Source: an uncultured Thermodesulfobacteriota bacterium
GTDB lineage: Bacteria > Desulfobacterota > Anaeroferrophillalia > Anaeroferrophillales > Anaeroferrophillaceae
Direction: 5' to 3'
Assembly: GCA_964478545.1 (NCBI GenBank)
Contig: CAYZIS010000009.1
Coordinates: forward strand, 2,070 to 66,069
Length of the DNA: 64,000 nucleotides
Shown: positions 18,054 to 26,727 of the stretch, in pieces
Numbering within the stretch: the first letter of the stretch is position 1
How the letters are laid out: the number at the start of each line of letters is the position of its first letter
Translations under genes and position numbers: made by a program
The notes under the pieces: model-generated
What the model was told of the DNA's origin: nothing
Databases searched by the model: none
Seen by the model: the letters and a program-made list of their open reading frames with translations, nothing else

Positions 18054-19250
18054 ATGAACAAAAAAGATGCTCTCCCAAAAGGATGGAAAAACATAAAGCT
18101 TAAAAAGCTTGTTACTCAGGAAATCAAGAATGGCTATTCACCCAACTGTCCTGAAGAACCAAACGGGAGTTGGATTCTGGGCTTAGGAAATTTAACCGAA
18201 AACGGGTTTGATCCATCCCAGGCAAAACCAGCTCCCAAAGGTGATAGCAGAGTAAAAGACTTTTTACTTGAACCTGGTGATTTTTTAATTAGTCGATCTA
18301 ACACGTTAGACAAGGTTGGAAGGACAATGTTGTTCAGAGGTGAAATTGAAAACTGCTCTTATCCAGATTTACTCATGAGATTTCGTGTAGATGAAACTTA
18401 GGTTACAAATGAATTTTTGGAGGGGTATTTAAGGAGCTCAGTAGTCAGGAAATACATCCAAGGCTGCGCCTCTGGTACAAGCAACAGCATGGTGAAGATC
18501 AATAAAACAATTGTCGAAAAAATACCTATTGTTTTGCCTCCCCATCCAGAGCAAAAAGCCATTGCCGATTTGCTGTCCACCTGGGATGAGGCCATCGAGA
18601 AAACCGAACGGCTGATTCTGGCGCAGGAGAAGCGGTTTAAACAACTGCTGCGGGAGTTGTTAAGAGAAAAAGTCGAGCTGGGGAAAATTGAATTAGGGAA
18701 GGTTTGTAAGATAACAAAAGGAAAACAGTTAAATATAGCTCATATGAATCGTGATGGTTATTATTATGCCTTAAATGGCGGGATTAAACCATCTGGAAGA
18801 ACTGATGATTGGAACACCAAAGCAGGAACCATAACTATCAGTGAAGGTGGAAACTCATGCGGATATGTAAACTTCAATACACAAAGATTCTGGTCTGGTG
18901 GGCATTGTTATTCACTTCTTAATCTAAAAAAATCTGTAGACTCACACTACCTGTTCTTTTATCTAAAAATGAACGAGCCCAAACTTATGAACTTACGGGT
19001 TGGATCTGGACTCCCCAACATACAAAAGAAAGACGTTGATCGGTTTAAAATATCGATCCCACCGCTCGCAGAACAGCATCAAATAGCCGAGACATTATCC
19101 GCCGCCCAACAGGAAATCAACCTGCTGAAACAGCTTGCAGAAAGATACAAAACCCAGAAACGCGGTCTGAGGCAGAAGATGCTCACGGGCGAATGGCGGG
19201 TAAAACCTGAAATCATTACCCAATATGCGGAAGAGGTGCCATGCAAATAA
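18054..19250 (+). pseudogene. hsdS: Type I RM specificity subunit (two TRDs) interrupted by an in-frame TAG at 18399-18401. Both halves are in the same frame.
   Basis: TRD1 (18054-18398), then TAG, then VTNEF-LEGYLRS..., central conserved region, TRD2, and the C-terminal conserved ISIPPLAEQHQIAETLSAAQQEINLLKQLAERYK. Confidence 0.65.
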
Positions 19251-19840
19251 AGCTTACCTATTACAAACCGCAGACGTTGATCCCGGTTATCGGTCTGCTC
19301 TGGGCTCTTTCATCGTGGGCGCTTTCTAAGCTTTGGGGTTACGGCTTCCTACAAGGCACCGGGCCAACCGCCATCGTGATATTTTTTCTAACAGTCTATG
19401 ACAAGTGGCTGTGGAAATACCCTTTGTTTAACTTAATGAACACAATCCCAAACTTGAACGGCATGTATGAAGGAAAAATATCCTTTCACTGGAACGGACA
19501 GGCTGAATCAAAAGACTGTGAACTAGAAATCAAGCAAACCTGTTCAAACATAAAGGTAAAAACGATTTTCACGAAAGAAGGCGAAAACGATACACAGTCC
19601 GTCAGCACCGAAGCATTCATAAAAACTGACGAGGTTAGCGACCAGCATCTCTATTTTTATTATCGCAGTCGTGGTTCCGGGATGGATGGTGACACTCTTG
19701 ATCAGCACGAGGGTATGAATGTTTTGGAGATTCTGAAGAACAACGGATTGATCCAGCTTGATGGATACTATTTTACCAACCGTAATCCTCAAACAAAAGG
19801 CTGCATGAAAGCTACGAAAACAAACAAAGGAGCTAAATAA
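19241..19840 (+). CDS. Small membrane protein with two N-terminal TM helices and a beta-rich C-terminal domain (Cap15-like or 2TM-type CBASS effector candidate)
   Basis: TM1 is LIPVIGLLWALSSWALSKLW and TM2 is GPTAIVIFFLTVYDKWLWKY, followed by about 130 aa of beta-type sequence. The start overlaps the hsdS stop, and the stop overlaps the next start (TAATG). Confidence 0.4.
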   Translation: MQIKLTYYKPQTLIPVIGLLWALSSWALSKLWGYGFLQGTGPTAIVIFFLTVYDKWLWKYPLFNLMNTIPNLNGMYEGKISFHWNGQAESKDCELEIKQTCSNIKVKTIFTKEGENDTQSVSTEAFIKTDEVSDQHLYFYYRSRGSGMDGDTLDQHEGMNVLEILKNNGLIQLDGYYFTNRNPQTKGCMKATKTNKGAK

Positions 19841-20823
19841 TGGATACACATAAACTGTTCTCTGATTTCGATGCTGTAATTCGACTAAACACCTCAAAAA
19901 TAAGTAAATTAAAAAGCAACCGCACAGCACTCCGCAATAAAATTAAAGATCACTTCAAAAAGAACAACTGGACCGCACCAAAATTCTACTCTCAGGGTTC
20001 CTTCCCTTTGAACACAAACCTAAATCCGATCAAAAAAACTACAAGTGATGGAGATGTTAAAGAAGAGTATGACTTGGATGATGGCGTGTATTTCATCTGC
20101 CCAAAATCAGAGCGCAAAGAGCCAGCGACTTATCATGATCGCATCAAGAAGGCTGTGGATGATCATGCCGAAAGCGTCATAGACAAAACAACCTGTGTTA
20201 GGGTTGTATACATAGATGGACATCACATTGATCTGCCGTCTTATTGGCTTGAAAAGGACGGTAACACACCACAACTTACTCACAAGTCTAAAGGTTTTAC
20301 TGATAGCGACCCGAAAGCTTTTAATGAATGGGTTGATGACAATATTTCCAGAGCCAGTAACAATGGTCAACTCCGCAGAATCATCCGCTACTTAAAGGCA
20401 TGGAAGAATTATCGTGAAAATAGCAACAGTACTCTGGAGCTACCGTCAGGTTTCATTTTAACGATTTTGGCATGCAATCATTTTTCAAAGAACAGCCGTG
20501 ATGATCTATCCTTCAAAGGAACAGTTGAATCTATCAAAAATTCACTAAATTTAAGCTTCACCTGTTATCGTCCAACCGTCCCCACCCATGAGGAGCTTTT
20601 GTTTGATTATTCAAAAGATACAGTAATAAAAGAGCTAACCAGCCTGATCGACAACGCACAGAAAGCGATTGATTCGGATTGTGAGAAAAAAGCGTCTGAA
20701 TTCTGGCACAAAGTGTTTGGGGATCGTTTCCCGTCGGGTAAAGAGAAGGATGAGAAGCCCAAGCAATCTACAGCATCCAACACAACCAGAACAAAGGTCA
20801 GTGCTCCATGGGCATCGTTCTAA
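19840..20823 (+). CDS. cGAS/DncV-like nucleotidyltransferase (CD-NTase, SMODS-domain) candidate
   Basis: Pol-beta NTase signature QGSF...SDGDV...YDLDDG, a later VRVVYIDGHHIDLP (third acidic strand), and a C-terminal helical region RRIIRYLKAWKNY typical of CD-NTases. Length 327 aa. Confidence 0.5.
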   Translation: MDTHKLFSDFDAVIRLNTSKISKLKSNRTALRNKIKDHFKKNNWTAPKFYSQGSFPLNTNLNPIKKTTSDGDVKEEYDLDDGVYFICPKSERKEPATYHDRIKKAVDDHAESVIDKTTCVRVVYIDGHHIDLPSYWLEKDGNTPQLTHKSKGFTDSDPKAFNEWVDDNISRASNNGQLRRIIRYLKAWKNYRENSNSTLELPSGFILTILACNHFSKNSRDDLSFKGTVESIKNSLNLSFTCYRPTVPTHEELLFDYSKDTVIKELTSLIDNAQKAIDSDCEKKASEFWHKVFGDRFPSGKEKDEKPKQSTASNTTRTKVSAPWASF

Positions 20824-21440
20824 CAGAACAAGATAAACAAGAGTTGGCTCAAGATTACCCTGCGCTTAACTGTAGTTTGCCGCGAGGGGTAATCTGGGGA
20901 ACCTTGGAGTTGGCTTGTTCATTCGATGAGTCCGCAAATGAAGTTGTTCATGAAGACTCATTTGATAATTACATCCGCGACTGTTATGAGATACGCGTCG
21001 ATTTCAATCAGGCAGACACTTTTGGTTTTCCCAAAGTGTTCGAGGAGTCGGGAATCATTAGAAATTTTGCGGACAGCAATGGTATCAAGCCAGAAGATTT
21101 GCATGTAAACAAAGATGATGCTGACAGCTGCTGTTTGGGGATCTTCCCTGAATATCATTGGACAGGTGCCGCTTCATTCATACGAGATAAGGTAGTGCCG
21201 TTTTTTTACTGGCAGTCTTATCGACGCTTCTATGAGAAAAAACCATGGAAAGGCTATACACATGGCAACCGTGGCATTGTGGAGGCGATGAGTATGCCTC
21301 TCAATGAATCCTCAAAAGGTCACTCACGTAATAAACGATGCCCATGCGGAAGCGGCCAAAAATACAAAAAATGTTGCATGTCTCGAGATGCGATTCTGCG
21401 AAATAAACTATCCAAATCTATTACATCTCGAAAGAGTTGA
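20808..21440 (+). CDS. UBC/E2-like fold protein with a C-terminal SEC-C metal-binding motif (candidate Cap2-like E2-only accessory)
   Basis: Pattern LAQDYPALNCSLPRGVIWGTLEL...YEIRVDF...FPKVF...LHVNKDDADSCCLGIFPEYHW resembles the UBC fold (an HPN-like HVN plus a catalytic Cys). It ends CPCGSGQKYKKCC. The 5' end overlaps the NTase gene by 16 nt. Confidence 0.35.
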   Translation: MGIVLTEQDKQELAQDYPALNCSLPRGVIWGTLELACSFDESANEVVHEDSFDNYIRDCYEIRVDFNQADTFGFPKVFEESGIIRNFADSNGIKPEDLHVNKDDADSCCLGIFPEYHWTGAASFIRDKVVPFFYWQSYRRFYEKKPWKGYTHGNRGIVEAMSMPLNESSKGHSRNKRCPCGSGQKYKKCCMSRDAILRNKLSKSITSRKS

Positions 21441-21442
21441 TA

Positions 21443-21505
21443 ATGACCAATTTCCAAATAAACGAAAAGCATCTTTCTCAAATCCCTGCGATTTTGAGTT
21501 ATTAG
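21443..21505 (+). pseudogene. Duplicated 5' end of hsdR (20 codons, MTNFQINEKHLSQIPAILSY*) left upstream of the inserted rhuM
   Basis: AAATAAACGAAAAGCATCTTTCTCAA is repeated at 21454-21480 and at 22558-22587 (the true hsdR start MHNFQINEKHLSQLPAV). Confidence 0.5.
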
Positions 21506-21514
21506 GGGTGAGTT

Positions 21515-22555
21515 ATGAATAATGATGGCTTGAAAAACAACTCTGAGCTCATGATCTACCAAACCCCTGATGGGAGTATCAAAATAGATGTCCGCCTTGA
21601 GGATGAAAGCGTCTGGCTGACACAGGCGCATATGGCGAAGCTGTTTCAGGTGAAACCGCAGAATATCACCATGCACCTGAAAAACATCTATGCCGAGGGT
21701 GAACTATCCGAAAAGGCAACTTGTCAGGAATTCTTACAAGTTCAAACCGAGGGTTCCCGTCAGGTTGAACGAAAACGGAAGCTTTACAATCTCGACGCAA
21801 TTATTTCCGTGGGTTACCGTATCCAGTCTCAAGTGGCGACCCACTTCCGCATCTGGGCGACGCAACGACTGAAAGAGTACATTGTCAAAGGCTTTGCGTT
21901 AAACGATGACAGATTCAAAAGTGGTCAATCAATGAACTATTTCACGGAACTGCAGGAACGCATCCGCGAAATTCGGCTCTCCGAGCGGTTTTTTTATCAG
22001 AAGATCAAGGACATCTACACCACCAGCATTGACTATGACCCCAGGGATGAAAAGACGATTGAGTTCTTCAAGATCGTTCAAAACAAGTTGCTTTGGGCGA
22101 TCAGCGAACAGACGGCGGCGGAGCTAATCTATCGTCGCGCGGATGCGGCATTGCCCCTAATGGGAATGCAGTCGTTCGATAAGAAAGGCGTGCCGGTCCG
22201 GAAAGGCGATGTTAACATCGCCAAAAACTATCTTCAGGAAGATGAAATAAAACTGCTGGGGTTACTGGTGGAACAGTATCTTGCCTTTGCCGAAACCATG
22301 GCACAACAGCACACAACGATGTATATGAAGGACTGGATTGGGCGGCTTGATGCCATCATTCAACTGAACGGACGGGAACTGCTCACTCACGCCGGAAAGA
22401 TCAGCCATCAACTGGCGTTGGAGAAATCGGCCCGGGAGTATGAAAAATACCAAGAAACACAAAAGCAACTTCAGCACAAAGAGAGTCTGCGGGAACTGGA
22501 GCAGGATCTAAAGCGGCTCAAAAAACCTGGGCAGGCTGGAGACGGCAATGCATAA
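21515..22555 (+). CDS. rhuM: Virulence protein RhuM family (Fic/DOC-related) protein
   Basis: 346 aa. LMIYQTPDGSIKIDVRLEDESVWLTQAHMAKLFQV...ISVGYRIQSQVATHFRIWATQRLKEYIVKGFALNDDRFK is the RhuM family signature. Confidence 0.8.
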   Translation: MNNDGLKNNSELMIYQTPDGSIKIDVRLEDESVWLTQAHMAKLFQVKPQNITMHLKNIYAEGELSEKATCQEFLQVQTEGSRQVERKRKLYNLDAIISVGYRIQSQVATHFRIWATQRLKEYIVKGFALNDDRFKSGQSMNYFTELQERIREIRLSERFFYQKIKDIYTTSIDYDPRDEKTIEFFKIVQNKLLWAISEQTAAELIYRRADAALPLMGMQSFDKKGVPVRKGDVNIAKNYLQEDEIKLLGLLVEQYLAFAETMAQQHTTMYMKDWIGRLDAIIQLNGRELLTHAGKISHQLALEKSAREYEKYQETQKQLQHKESLRELEQDLKRLKKPGQAGDGNA

Positions 22556-25500
22556 CTTTCAGATAAACGAAAAGCATCTTTCTCAACTTCCGGCGGTGCA
22601 ACTGCTGATATCACTGAGCTATGAATATATTTCTCCGGTTGAAGCGCTCCGTGAACGACAGGGAAGAGTTGCCAATGTCTTGCTGGAAAACATTCTCCGC
22701 AATCAGCTCAAAGAAATCAACCGCATTCGCTACAAAGGAAATGAATATCTGTTTAGCGAGGAAAATGTTCAGTCCGCCATCCAGAAGCTGAAAAACATTA
22801 AATATGACGGTTTGCTGAAAACCAATGAAGCAATTTATGATCTGATCACCCTGGGAACGGCCATGGAGCAGACCATCGAGGGTGATTCTAAAAGTTATAA
22901 TTTGAACTATGTTGACTGGCACAATCCCGGCCGCAACAGATTTCACGTGACGGTTGAATACAGTGTTGAGCGGTCCCGGAGCACCGAGACCACCCGGCCG
23001 GATATTGTCCTCTTTGTTAACGGCATTCCTTTTTGCGTGATTGAATGCAAAGCCCCACAGATTGAAGTTGAACAGGCAGTCTCCCAATCCATTAGAAATC
23101 AGAACGACGACTATATTCCGAAGTTATTCATCTATACCCAGTTGGTTCTGGCATTCAATAAGAACAGCGCGATGTTCGCAACCACCGGAACTGCAGCAAA
23201 GTTCTGGTCCATCTGGAAGGAACCACGAATGGACACAAATAAACACGAATACAATAAATTGAAGAAACTGGTAGATGAGTCTGTTCGTGTTGAAATTGAA
23301 CCCAAATCCTTTGAGATTCACTCAGAGCAAAATATTAGTGAAGATTCGTGTTCATTCGTGGTTTCGAAAGAGCGTTTGGTGACGGAGCAAGACAAAGCCC
23401 TTTTTGCTCTCTGCCGCCCGGAACGCCTGCTGGAACTGGCTTGGAAGTTCATTGTTTTTGATGGCGGCATTAAAAAGATTGCCCGCTATCAACAGTATTT
23501 TGTCATCAAGTCCACTCTGAACCGGATCAAGCATTTTGACCGTAACGGTTCCCGCAAGGGCGGTGTTATCTGGCACACGCAGGGGTCAGGGAAATCCCTG
23601 ACCATGGTGATGCTGGCCCGGAATCTGGCCTTGGATCCGGAGATATTGAATCCTCGCATTGTTCTGGTCACCGACCGGGATGATTTGGACAAGCAGCTGG
23701 GTAATACTTTTGCCGCCTGCGGACTGGAAGCCAATCGGGCAACATCGGGAAGAAATCTGCTGGAGTTGGTAGCTGAAAAAAACTCCGGCATTATCACCAC
23801 GCTCATTCATAAATTCGACAAGGCTTACGCGGTAAGAAAATACCAGGATAAATCCCCCGACATTTTCATTCTTGTGGATGAAAGCCACCGTACCCAGTTC
23901 GGCTCGTTTTCCGCCCGTATGCGCCAGATGTTTCCCCATGCCTGCTATCTGGGATTTACAGGTACTCCGTTGCTGAAAAAAGAGAAAAACAACTTCACCA
24001 GGTTCGGAGAACTAGTGGAGCCGCATTACTCCATTTCACAGGCGGTAGAAGACGGCGCGGTCGTTCCACTCTTGTATGAAGGACGGCATGTGGAGATGAC
24101 CCAGAACAAGGCTGCTGTGGACCTCTGGTTCGAGCGTCATACCCAAGGCTTGAGCAAAGAACAGCAGGCGGACCTGAAACGTAAATATGCTCGGGCGGAA
24201 ATGCTGAACAAGGCTTATCAGGTCATTTACATGAGGGCCTTTGATATCAGTGAACACTTTCGGGCTAATTGGCAGGACACCGGGTTCAAGGCACAACTGG
24301 TCGCGCCAAATAAGGCTTCGGCGCTTAAATACCATGCGTATTTGAATGACATCGGCATGGTCAGTTCGGAAGTTGTTATTTCCCCTCCGGATATGCGTGA
24401 AGGCTATGAAAAGACGGACGATGAAACGACTGATGACGTGGTAAGGTTCTGGCAGAAAATGGTGAAACGCTATGGCAGCAAGGAGGAGTATACCAAGCAG
24501 CTCATCAACCAGTTTAAACACGGGAGCGATCCCGAAATCCTTATTGTCGTCGATAAGCTCTTAACCGGCTTTGACGCGCCAAGAAACGCGGTACTTTATT
24601 TATGCAGGGTTCTCAGGGAACATTCGTTGCTTCAGGCTATCGCGCGGGTTAACCGGATCCATGAAGGCAAGGAGTTCGGTTTTATCGTCGATTATGCAAA
24701 TGTTCTTGGTGAGCTGGATAAAGCGCTGACCATGTATAGCGCGTTTGAGGGTTTCGACGAATCGGATCTTGTCGGTACTCTTACTTCCATCAACAGCGAA
24801 ATTGAAAAACTGCCGGGGCGCTATTCGGATTTATGGGATTTCTTTAAGTCGGTAAAGCATTCTTATGATGAAGAGGCATACGAGGTTTTGCTTGCTGATG
24901 ATGAATTAAGGGAAGAGTTTTATAGTCGTCTTTCTGAATTTGGTAAAAACCTCGGTATCGCTCTTTCTTCTGAAAAGTTTTTGTCTGAGACAGATGAAAA
25001 AACTCTGTCCAGATACAAGGCTGATCTCCGGAAATTCCAATCGCTTAAGGCATCTGTCAAGTTGCGCTATGCTGAAGCTATTGATTACCGGGATTATGAG
25101 CCGAAAATCAAGAAGCTGCTGGATACCCATATTCAAGCCAATGAGGTTATCCAGCTCAACGAGCCGGTTAACATCTTCGATGACAAAATGTTCAATCAGG
25201 TAAAAGAGGAGCAAGGAGTTTATCAAACCAGGAAAACCACGGCCTCCAAAGCCGATATGATTGCTCACGCAACGAAAAAAGTGATTACGGAAAAAATGTT
25301 CGAAGACCCTGCTTTTTACGAAAAATTTTCAAAGCTGATCCAGCGGGCTATTGAAGATTTCAGAGCAAAAAGAATATCGGATCTGGATTATCTCAATAAA
25401 GTCGTTGAGGTCAGGAATAAAGTCGTCGGCAAGGTTCATGATGATGTTCCTGATAAACTTTCCGGCAATGAAGATGCCATGGCCTATTATGGGATACTGA

Positions 25501-25769
25501 AACCGTTCCTCGAAAATAACAAATTGAATGAAGAAGACCTTGAAGCTGCCACCGCAGATACGGCCATCGCTCTAAACGGTATTTTGGAAAAACACAAAAA
25601 AGTTCATTTCTGGGATGATGAGGATGCCCAGAAGCAAACGGTTAATGAGATTGACGATTACCTCTATGATGAACTTAAAACAGAAAGAGGTATCGAACTG
25701 TCGCTGGATCAGATGGATGACATCATTGAAAAGGTTCTGCAGGTGGCGAAACACCGGAGTTACAAATGA
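22548..25769 (+). CDS. hsdR: Type I RM restriction subunit HsdR (SF2 helicase/nuclease). It contains a 147-bp in-frame palindromic insertion at 23219-23365.
   Basis: QGSGKSLTMV (Walker A), VDESHR (DEAH box), and an N-terminal PD-(D/E)XK region (DIVLFVNGIPFCVIECK). Length 1073 aa. Confidence 0.9.
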   Translation: MHNFQINEKHLSQLPAVQLLISLSYEYISPVEALRERQGRVANVLLENILRNQLKEINRIRYKGNEYLFSEENVQSAIQKLKNIKYDGLLKTNEAIYDLITLGTAMEQTIEGDSKSYNLNYVDWHNPGRNRFHVTVEYSVERSRSTETTRPDIVLFVNGIPFCVIECKAPQIEVEQAVSQSIRNQNDDYIPKLFIYTQLVLAFNKNSAMFATTGTAAKFWSIWKEPRMDTNKHEYNKLKKLVDESVRVEIEPKSFEIHSEQNISEDSCSFVVSKERLVTEQDKALFALCRPERLLELAWKFIVFDGGIKKIARYQQYFVIKSTLNRIKHFDRNGSRKGGVIWHTQGSGKSLTMVMLARNLALDPEILNPRIVLVTDRDDLDKQLGNTFAACGLEANRATSGRNLLELVAEKNSGIITTLIHKFDKAYAVRKYQDKSPDIFILVDESHRTQFGSFSARMRQMFPHACYLGFTGTPLLKKEKNNFTRFGELVEPHYSISQAVEDGAVVPLLYEGRHVEMTQNKAAVDLWFERHTQGLSKEQQADLKRKYARAEMLNKAYQVIYMRAFDISEHFRANWQDTGFKAQLVAPNKASALKYHAYLNDIGMVSSEVVISPPDMREGYEKTDDETTDDVVRFWQKMVKRYGSKEEYTKQLINQFKHGSDPEILIVVDKLLTGFDAPRNAVLYLCRVLREHSLLQAIARVNRIHEGKEFGFIVDYANVLGELDKALTMYSAFEGFDESDLVGTLTSINSEIEKLPGRYSDLWDFFKSVKHSYDEEAYEVLLADDELREEFYSRLSEFGKNLGIALSSEKFLSETDEKTLSRYKADLRKFQSLKASVKLRYAEAIDYRDYEPKIKKLLDTHIQANEVIQLNEPVNIFDDKMFNQVKEEQGVYQTRKTTASKADMIAHATKKVITEKMFEDPAFYEKFSKLIQRAIEDFRAKRISDLDYLNKVVEVRNKVVGKVHDDVPDKLSGNEDAMAYYGILKPFLENNKLNEEDLEAATADTAIALNGILEKHKKVHFWDDEDAQKQTVNEIDDYLYDELKTERGIELSLDQMDDIIEKVLQVAKHRSYK

Positions 25770-26494
25770 TGGAGGCTGCAATTCATAACGATAAACGCTC
25801 GCTTGTTTATGGGCGCAAGACCATTGATTACAGTCTTTTCTATTGCGATAGAAAAACGATGGAAATTGCGGTTCATCCTGACAGTACCGTCATTGTCAAA
25901 GCACCGATCGACTCCGATATTTCGTTGATCGAGAAAAAGTTAAATAAAAGAGGACGATGGATTTTCAGACAGTTGAACTACTTCAGGCAGTTTAATCCCA
26001 AAACACCTGATCGATGCTATGTGAATGGTGAAACCCACCTGTATCTTGGAAAGCAATATCGCTTAAAACTGACGGAGGGCTCAGAAAATTCAGTAAAGCT
26101 GGTCCGGGGCTTTTTTTATATTACCTGCCGTGATGTACCAAGCCCGGCAACAGCCAAAAAGCTTTTGCACAAGTGGTATTTGGAAAAGGCGGCCAGGCAA
26201 TTCAAAGAAAGCATGGATCGCTGCTGGCAAAAATTCTCCAACTTCGATTTTAGCAAACCCAATTTATCGATCAAACGAATGCAAAAAAGATGGGGCAGCC
26301 TTTCAGAAAAAGGAACGGTGACACTCAATACCGATCTGATCAGAGCACCCAAGGAATGTATTGAGTACGTTGTAACCCACGAACTGTGCCATTTGAAATA
26401 TCGTAATCACAGCCCCGAATTTTATAAGCTGCTCGATTCTGTTATCCCCGGCTGGGAAAAGATAAAACACAGACTTGAACTCAGTATGATGTGA
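25766..26494 (+). CDS. M48/YgjP-like zinc metallopeptidase (DUF45), commonly co-encoded with hsdR
   Basis: HELCHLKYRNH is an HExxH motif. Length 242 aa. The start overlaps the hsdR stop. Confidence 0.6.
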   Translation: MMEAAIHNDKRSLVYGRKTIDYSLFYCDRKTMEIAVHPDSTVIVKAPIDSDISLIEKKLNKRGRWIFRQLNYFRQFNPKTPDRCYVNGETHLYLGKQYRLKLTEGSENSVKLVRGFFYITCRDVPSPATAKKLLHKWYLEKAARQFKESMDRCWQKFSNFDFSKPNLSIKRMQKRWGSLSEKGTVTLNTDLIRAPKECIEYVVTHELCHLKYRNHSPEFYKLLDSVIPGWEKIKHRLELSMM

Positions 26495-26597
26495 ATATGA
26501 ACAGAATTATTTTAATAAAGACTAATGTGGTTTAATTTTAACGGACACTTTTCTGCTATGAGTCATTAAACAGCAAAACCAGTAAGCGAGGTGTCCA

Positions 26598-26727
26598 ATG
26601 ATTGAAAAATAAAAGCGGCCAAAATACACGAAAGAATTCAAGCAAGATGCCATTAAACTGGTCGTAGAGCAGAGCAGTACAGCTTCCTGGGAAATATGTT
26701 CCGCAAGTACAGTTACCTATTATGACC
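26598..26727 (+). mobile_element. IS3-family transposase orfA 5' remnant (degenerate, with an in-frame stop)
   Basis: The frame reads MIEK*KRPKYTKEFKQDAIKLVVEQSSTAS, matching the IS3 OrfA HTH N-terminus. No remainder of the IS follows. Confidence 0.5.

Noticed and set aside
18399-18401. In-frame TAG in hsdS as a possible pyrrolysine codon
   Set aside because: No pyl genes or PYLIS context visible. Nonsense mutation or phase variation is the far simpler explanation.
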